This document shows, in pieces, positions 35,540 through 40,028 of a stretch of DNA of 40,028 bases. The position numbers were made by a program, and so were the translations under genes. This DNA comes from a virus (taxonomy: Duplodnaviria > Caudoviricetes). The stretch's first letter is position 1, and each line of letters starts with the position of its first letter. The stretch covers positions 1 through 40,028 of IMG/VR virus record IMGVR_UViG_3300011435_000026. One strand, 5' to 3'. The notes below the pieces were generated by a model that worked only from the letters and a program-made list of their open reading frames with translations, made no database searches and was not told the DNA's origin.

Positions 35540-35568
35540 TTGCACGCGAATGAACGTAGCGCTACACT
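35540..35568 (+). promoter_or_regulatory. Sigma70 promoter, leaderless
   Basis: TTGCAC-17 nt-TACACT, 6 nt before ATG 35575. Confidence 0.7.
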
Positions 35569-35574
35569 TATCCC

Positions 35575-35811
35575 ATGACACAGACACTCACGACCGGCCA
35601 ACACCGCTACTCGCTGATCCCCGAATCCGCGATTCCCGCGGGCGTCCGATTCGACACGCCGCGCCGCAACCAGGGACAAATCGTGGAGTACAGCTTCGGT
35701 GGCTTCTCGCGCGCCGAGCATGACGACGGCGCCCCCTACATGCGCGTGACGGATGCTTCACTGCGCGCCGACGATCCGAGCCGCGTGTGCTACTACCGGC
35801 TCGGGCGCTGA
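35575..35811 (+). CDS. Hypothetical protein
   Basis: 78 aa behind a clear promoter; TGATG coupling to the next gene. Confidence 0.65.
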   Translation: MTQTLTTGQHRYSLIPESAIPAGVRFDTPRRNQGQIVEYSFGGFSRAEHDDGAPYMRVTDASLRADDPSRVCYYRLGR

Positions 35812-35996
35812 TGGCGAAGAATCCCCACGCGCAAGCGCTCGGCCGCCTCGGCGGGTTAGCCCGCGCCGCGAGCCTCACGCCCGCCCAGCGCCGCAAGGCG
35901 GCCGCCAAAGCCGGCAAGCACTGCCCTGGCTGGCCGAAGGGGAAACCCCGCGGCACACAGACACAGACACAGACACGACAAAGGAACAAACCATGA
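35811..35996 (+). CDS. Small basic KGG-like protein
   Basis: MAKNPHAQALGRLGGLARAASLTPAQRRKAAAKAG. Confidence 0.7.
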   Translation: MAKNPHAQALGRLGGLARAASLTPAQRRKAAAKAGKHCPGWPKGKPRGTQTQTQTRQRNKP

Positions 35997-36499
35997 GAAC
36001 CACCATGATCGCCGTCGTCGTCGCCGTCGTCCTCGCGATTCCCGCCCTCGCCACTGCCCAACCGCAGTGCGGCGTCACCGCCACCAGCGGACAGACCAAA
36101 ATCTTCGGGTGCCTGGATGCGCCCGCCGCGGGCACCGTGGTCAGCGCCTCCCAGCCCCTGCCCATGTCCGGCTGGGCGATCTCGCTCTACACCGACATGC
36201 AGCCCGAGGATCTCACGGTGTACATGTCCACGGGCGCCGACACCGGCGGGGCCTATCGCATCCTGGCCAAGTCCGAATACGACGTGCGCATGAGGGGTTT
36301 GCGGCCGGATGTGACGGCGCATTTCCGCCACTACGGGCCGCTGACCACCGACCATTGGGGCTATCTCGTGGTCCTCCATGCCGGGGTGCTACAGGTTGGG
36401 GACACGGTGCTGGCCCTGCGCTGGATCGATACCTCGCTCGCCCCCTGGCTGTCGATCGGCGCCAACTACCAGCAAACCCAATTGACGGTCGTGCCGTAG
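35993..36499 (+). CDS. Secreted Ig-like beta protein (moron)
   Basis: Signal peptide MRTTMIAVVVAVVLAIPALATA; FGCLDAP...SGWA...RPDVTAHF...WGY. Confidence 0.7.
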   Translation: MRTTMIAVVVAVVLAIPALATAQPQCGVTATSGQTKIFGCLDAPAAGTVVSASQPLPMSGWAISLYTDMQPEDLTVYMSTGADTGGAYRILAKSEYDVRMRGLRPDVTAHFRHYGPLTTDHWGYLVVLHAGVLQVGDTVLALRWIDTSLAPWLSIGANYQQTQLTVVP

Positions 36500-36507
36500 G
36501 CGGACGA

Positions 36508-36586
36508 TCCCGGCGATCTAGCGTGTCCCGGCGCCACGGGGCTGATCAGGCGGCTCAGCCCCCGTCGCCCCGCCAGACCGCCGGGA
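36508..36586. terminator. Long imperfect hairpin between the convergent arms
   Basis: Nested stems TCCCGGCG/CGCCGGGA and GGGGCTGA/TCAGCCCC; no U-tract. Confidence 0.5.
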
Positions 36587-36589
36587 AGC

Positions 36590-36862
36590 CTAGAATTTCT
36601 TCGTGATTTCCCCGCCGATGATGTAGCCGAATCTGTCCACGGGCAGGATCGGCTGATCGTCCCAGAACGCGCGGGCGTAGGCCGTGGCGCCCCAGCCATT
36701 CTGCCACCGCCGATCGAACGAGATCCCGCCGGTGACTTTGCGGCCCTCGATCCGGCCGCCCACCACGAAGCGCGCGGGCGCGTCCTGCTTCACCGTGGCG
36801 AGCTCCTTGGCGAGCGCCTCGGCCTGTTCGGTGAGGGTCGGGCGCCTCAGCGGTTCGGTCAT
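36590..36862 (-). CDS. Hypothetical protein
   Basis: 90 aa with a beta-rich C-terminus; ATGA overlap. Confidence 0.6.
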   Translation of the reverse strand: MTEPLRRPTLTEQAEALAKELATVKQDAPARFVVGGRIEGRKVTGGISFDRRWQNGWGATAYARAFWDDQPILPVDRFGYIIGGEITKKF

Positions 36863-37542
36863 GGGTGCAGTGCCCGCCACTCGTCACTCGCTATGATCTG
36901 ATCCACGTAGGCCCCACGTGCGGCTTCCCGGCTCATGCCCGCCATACGAAAGCGCTGATAGACATCCAGGAACCACGCCGCGATCCCTTCGAAGTCCGGC
37001 CCCGGCGGCGTCGTATCGTCCCGCCACAGCCCCTTGGGCCGCTGCAACCCGTTCGCCGCCATATAGAACCCATGCAGCCACTGCAGCTCGTTGAGCGCCT
37101 CCGCACGCCCCGGCGGCGGCACCGAAGCGGGCGCTGGCGTGGGCACGCCGCCGGCAAGCAGATACTGGAGATCGGCGACCAGGAGCGCCAGCGGCTGCAC
37201 CCAGTGATTGTTGGCGCGTCTCTCGCGCACCGCCCCCCCGATCGACGCGCCCGGCGCCCCCGCCCCGTTCACCAAGTCGAGCACGTTCTGGTGATCGTCG
37301 GCCGCCGCGCCGAAACAGATCGCATCTTCGGCGTAGCCCTCCACCTGCGCTTCTCCTGGCGACTTCGCCAACCAGCCGAAGTCGGAGGTATCGCCGTAGG
37401 GGTTGAGATCATGCGCCACGAGTCGCACGAACAACGCGGCCGCGCGTTGATCGCCGGCGGCCACGCGCGCGAAGTAGCCTTGCGCTTCGCGGAGGCGCGC
37501 GGCGGTCATGGCCCGATCGACATGCACAGGGGTGAGGCTCAT
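36859..37542 (-). CDS. Hypothetical protein in the lysis region
   Basis: 227 aa; AAGGA RBS. Confidence 0.65.
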   Translation of the reverse strand: MSLTPVHVDRAMTAARLREAQGYFARVAAGDQRAAALFVRLVAHDLNPYGDTSDFGWLAKSPGEAQVEGYAEDAICFGAAADDHQNVLDLVNGAGAPGASIGGAVRERRANNHWVQPLALLVADLQYLLAGGVPTPAPASVPPPGRAEALNELQWLHGFYMAANGLQRPKGLWRDDTTPPGPDFEGIAAWFLDVYQRFRMAGMSREAARGAYVDQIIASDEWRALHP

Positions 37543-37553
37543 ACGTGTTCCTT

Positions 37554-37769
37554 CTACGCGGCTGTCGCGATCAGCGCGCCCCAGCGCGCTAAGCGAAACG
37601 TCATCACGGCGTCAACGACGCCCGCGCGCTCCGCGACTTTTTCCGCAATGGCGCGATCGAGTCGCGAGAGATCCACGAGCGCGAGCTGCTCCAGTCGGCG
37701 CGCCGTCGCTTCCGCCTGAATCGCTGTGACAGGGTCATGCATCATGCCCGGATAGCTTGCGAGAATCAT
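37554..37769 (-). CDS. Hypothetical protein
   Basis: ATGA overlap with the lysozyme stop. Confidence 0.5.
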   Translation of the reverse strand: MILASYPGMMHDPVTAIQAEATARRLEQLALVDLSRLDRAIAEKVAERAGVVDAVMTFRLARWGALIATAA

Positions 37770-38191
37770 GCCGCCCCCGTGCGCACCATCCGCGCAATGC
37801 GTCCCGCGCGCGTCGGGCCAACCTGCCGCGCCCACTTACTCGCCAGGAAGGCCGTCGCCGCCGCGTCCCACTCGCCGGCCGCCAGCGCCCGAAGCGCCAC
37901 GCGAAACAGCCGCAAGCGTGTGAGGCCCAAATTGTAGAGCAGCTCGACGATCGCGCGTTGCCGCACGCTATCGAGCCCCGCATACCAGGGGAACGTCTGC
38001 GCGTCGTGCTCGGCTTCCAGGATCTTGTCATTGAGCCACTGATCGGCCAGGTCGCGCGTGATCGTGAGCTGTTCGAGGTTCGTCCCAAATCCGCATGTGA
38101 GCACGCCTTCGGTGTCACGATAGGCTTTCAACCGAAGCCCCTCTGCCTGCCTTAGATCGGCCGCTAATTTCTCCCTGTTTTCTGGAGTCAT
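37766..38191 (-). CDS. Endolysin, T4-lysozyme-like (GH24)
   Basis: EGLRLKAYRDTEGVLTCGFG (E-x8-D-x5-T triad); RQRAIVELLYNLG...SKWARQVG.RA.R. Confidence 0.92.
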   Translation of the reverse strand: MTPENREKLAADLRQAEGLRLKAYRDTEGVLTCGFGTNLEQLTITRDLADQWLNDKILEAEHDAQTFPWYAGLDSVRQRAIVELLYNLGLTRLRLFRVALRALAAGEWDAAATAFLASKWARQVGPTRAGRIARMVRTGAA

Positions 38192-38223
38192 TAGTAGCCA
38201 CCACCTATTGTAAAATTAAGGCC

Positions 38224-38742
38224 ATGTGGAAGCCTGTTCTCGGCTACGAATCTCTGTATGACATCAACGAAGCGGGAGACATCAGACGCCTTGCCGGGTT
38301 CTGGTGTAAACGCACGCGGCCAGTCAGATGGCTTCCTGATCACAAGACACACGCGCAGCGCGTGGCTCTCTATGACCACGGCCAAGAAACCAAGAAACGA
38401 TTTCTTGTGCATCGCTTGGTCTGGGAAGCGTTCAACGGCCCCATCCCGAAGGGCTTGACCATCAATCACCTCGACGGGAATAGAGAAAACAACCACCTGT
38501 CGAATCTTGAAACCGCCACGATGCGCGAGCAGATGGTCCACGCCTATGCGACAGGACTTCAAAAAAGAGCGAAGGGAGAGGACAGGGGAGCCGCTGCGAA
38601 ATTGAACAACTAAGCCGTGAAAGAGATTCGTCGTCTGAGAAAACGCGGCGTGCGCGCGATGGACATCGCCGGACACTTCGGCGTGTGTGTGGAAGCCGTC
38701 TACCATGTCTTGAGCGGTAGACGATGGAGTCACGTTCAATAA
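38224..38742 (+). pseudogene. NUMOD4-HNH-HTH homing endonuclease with an in-frame TAA at 38611-38613
   Basis: WKPVLGYESLYDI...VHRLVWEAF...INHLDGNRENNHLSNLE; the frame continues after the stop as AVKEIRRLRKRG...IAGHFGV...VYHVLSGRRWSHVQ; TAAAAT lies 7 nt before the ATG. Confidence 0.85.
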
Positions 38743-38844
38743 GCCAATAGTGAGAACGCCCTCGGTATCCTGATACGCCCGCAGGCGCAGCCCCTCGGCC
38801 AGCTTGAGGTCCGCCGTCAACGCGTCCCGGTCGCTGTCAGTCAT
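38743..38844 (-). pseudogene. Orphaned duplicate 5' end (34 codons) of the endolysin
   Basis: MTDSDRDALTADLKLAEGLRLRAYQDTEGVLTIG vs MTPENREKLAADLRQAEGLRLKAYRDTEGVLTCG, 23/34 identical. Confidence 0.9.
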
Positions 38845-39374
38845 GGCGCTTTCGGCGGATCCTTCGGCGTCACCGTCACCAAAATCTCGCGCGTCAGTTC
38901 CGTGTTCTCGCGGGTCAATTGCGTATTTTCCGCAATCGCGGCCGTCGCCTGGATCCGCTCGTCCCGCTCCCACACGTCATGCTCGCTCAGCGCCCGCCCC
39001 GTGGTCGCCACCAGCTCCGTCATGGCGTCCGCTTTCGCGCGCCCGAGCAATTCACCCTCGGCCAGACTGGCTTTTTTCTGCAGCCGCAGCATTTCCGACA
39101 TGCGCGAGTTCATCGCCAGATGGTTTTCGCGCACGGCCGCCGCCAAGAGCGCCACGACACTCGGCATGAGCAAGCCCAGAATGAGATTGATCGTCGCCGA
39201 GTGATCCTGTCCCGGCTGCGCGAGCGCCAACGCGATAATCGACGCCACGCCCAATCCCGACAGCACGATCACGGCCCAGACAAACTGCACCGCCTTGCTC
39301 CCCGTGGCCGGGGCGCTGGCTTTCAACGCGGCATTCTCTTCGAGGAGCGCGATGAGCCGGGGATCGTCGGTCAT
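38841..39374 (-). CDS. Two-TM membrane protein, holin/lysis accessory candidate
   Basis: Two hydrophobic helices plus a coiled coil, directly upstream of the endolysin. Confidence 0.6.
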   Translation of the reverse strand: MTDDPRLIALLEENAALKASAPATGSKAVQFVWAVIVLSGLGVASIIALALAQPGQDHSATINLILGLLMPSVVALLAAAVRENHLAMNSRMSEMLRLQKKASLAEGELLGRAKADAMTELVATTGRALSEHDVWERDERIQATAAIAENTQLTRENTELTREILVTVTPKDPPKAP

Positions 39375-39565
39375 AGCCGCAAGATCGGCCCGCCCGACAG
39401 GCCGCCCAGTTGCTGCAGGAACCACAGGACCACGAGGATCACGAGCGCGACATACACCAACGTCGCGATTGGCGGCGGAATCTCAAACGCCTTGACAATG
39501 GCGCGCGCGGCCCAAAACAGTAAGCCCACTAACACGAGCGCGACGAGCAAGCCGATGATCGACAT
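39371..39565 (-). CDS. Small two-TM membrane protein, holin candidate
   Basis: MSIIGLLVALVLVGLLFWA...IPPPIATLVYVALVILVVLWFL; AAGGAG RBS. Confidence 0.65.
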   Translation of the reverse strand: MSIIGLLVALVLVGLLFWAARAIVKAFEIPPPIATLVYVALVILVVLWFLQQLGGLSGGPILRL

Positions 39566-39568
39566 GGG

Positions 39569-39775
39569 TTAAGGCTCCTTCGCGAGTAGAGGATCGACTT
39601 CGATCACTGATTCGTCGGCGTCGGTCAAGCGGTAGTTCTTCGTCGGGTCTAACCCGTTGGCGCGCATGACGGCGGCAAAGGCGGCATCGACCTGCTGCGC
39701 TTGCGCGGTCAACCGCTCCAGGGCGAGCGTGCGCTCTAGCGACGCGCTCTTCACGCGCCAATAATGGTCACTCAC
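39569..39775 (-). CDS. Small hypothetical protein after the tail fibre
   Basis: 68 aa; GTGA overlap with the fibre stop. Confidence 0.6.
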   Translation of the reverse strand: MSDHYWRVKSASLERTLALERLTAQAQQVDAAFAAVMRANGLDPTKNYRLTDADESVIEVDPLLAKEP

Positions 39776-40028
39776 GCTGATTCCCCTCTGTTAAAATAGG
39801 CGAAGCGCGGCCGGGAGTTGAGCCCAAGCTGCTCCAGCGCGTTGAGGCGCGCGTCGAGGGCCTTCAACGCCTGCACGGTGTAACCGAAGCCGCTGACTGG
39901 GTTGAAGCTGCGCCCGTGAGGATGTGTCGCATCCGGGTCCATCGCAAACGCCGGCGACCAATCGGCGATGACGCCGTGGAAGATCGTGCCACCGTAGGCG
40001 TTGTTCCCCTTGTAGCGGAAGCGCTTGA
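39772..40028 (-). CDS. C-terminal intramolecular chaperone (peptidase S74-like) of the tail fibre
   Basis: KRFRYK...GVIAD...TVQALKALDARLNALE coiled coil; in frame with 1-2251 across the origin. Confidence 0.8.
   Translation of the reverse strand, partial: KRFRYKGNNAYGGTIFHGVIADWSPAFAMDPDATHPHGRSFNPVSGFGYTVQALKALDARLNALEQLGLNSRPRFAYFNRGESA

Noticed and set aside
35953-35976. (ACACAG)n microsatellite as a phase-variation tract
   Set aside because: The 6-nt unit preserves frame (TQTQTQT) and there are only about 3.5 copies.
38611-38613. Stop-codon reassignment
   Set aside because: TAA, TAG and TGA all terminate well-defined genes elsewhere; this is a single isolated case.
1-40028. tRNA or rRNA genes
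   Set aside because: No cloverleaf with T-loop/D-loop consensus or rRNA-like segment seen by eye; a tRNAscan run would confirm.

Overview
The window is an apparently complete, circularly permuted, high-GC P22-like podophage genome of about 40,013 bp; bases 1-15 are identical to 40014-40028. Almost all genes are on the minus strand. Reading from the immunity switch towards lower coordinates: cro, a CII-like gene, early and recombination genes (ERF, NinB-like, replication-initiator C-terminal domain, DNA methyltransferase, DUF559-like nuclease, PAPS-reductase-like), terS, intein-containing terL, portal, scaffold, coat, head/tail accessory proteins, ejection proteins, a tail fibre with a peptidase-S74-type chaperone spanning the origin, and lysis genes. 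A short plus-strand arm (34.6-36.5 kb) holds a repressor-like gene and moron-like genes, and I see no integrase. The most striking unexplained structure is a miniature tnpB (IS200/IS605) relic at 28.39-28.62 kb. It keeps a promoter and an omegaRNA-like 3' end, followed by a perfect 40-nt copy of the phage's own sequence at 23400-23439, just upstream of the virion genes. A second theme is that accessory genes (HNH nucleases, the methyltransferase, the PAPS-reductase-like gene) sit in gene starts, bounded by duplicated or recoded 5' ends, and antisense inserts leave the host reading frame open up to the next start. All calls come from motif recognition by eye; no database searches were run.
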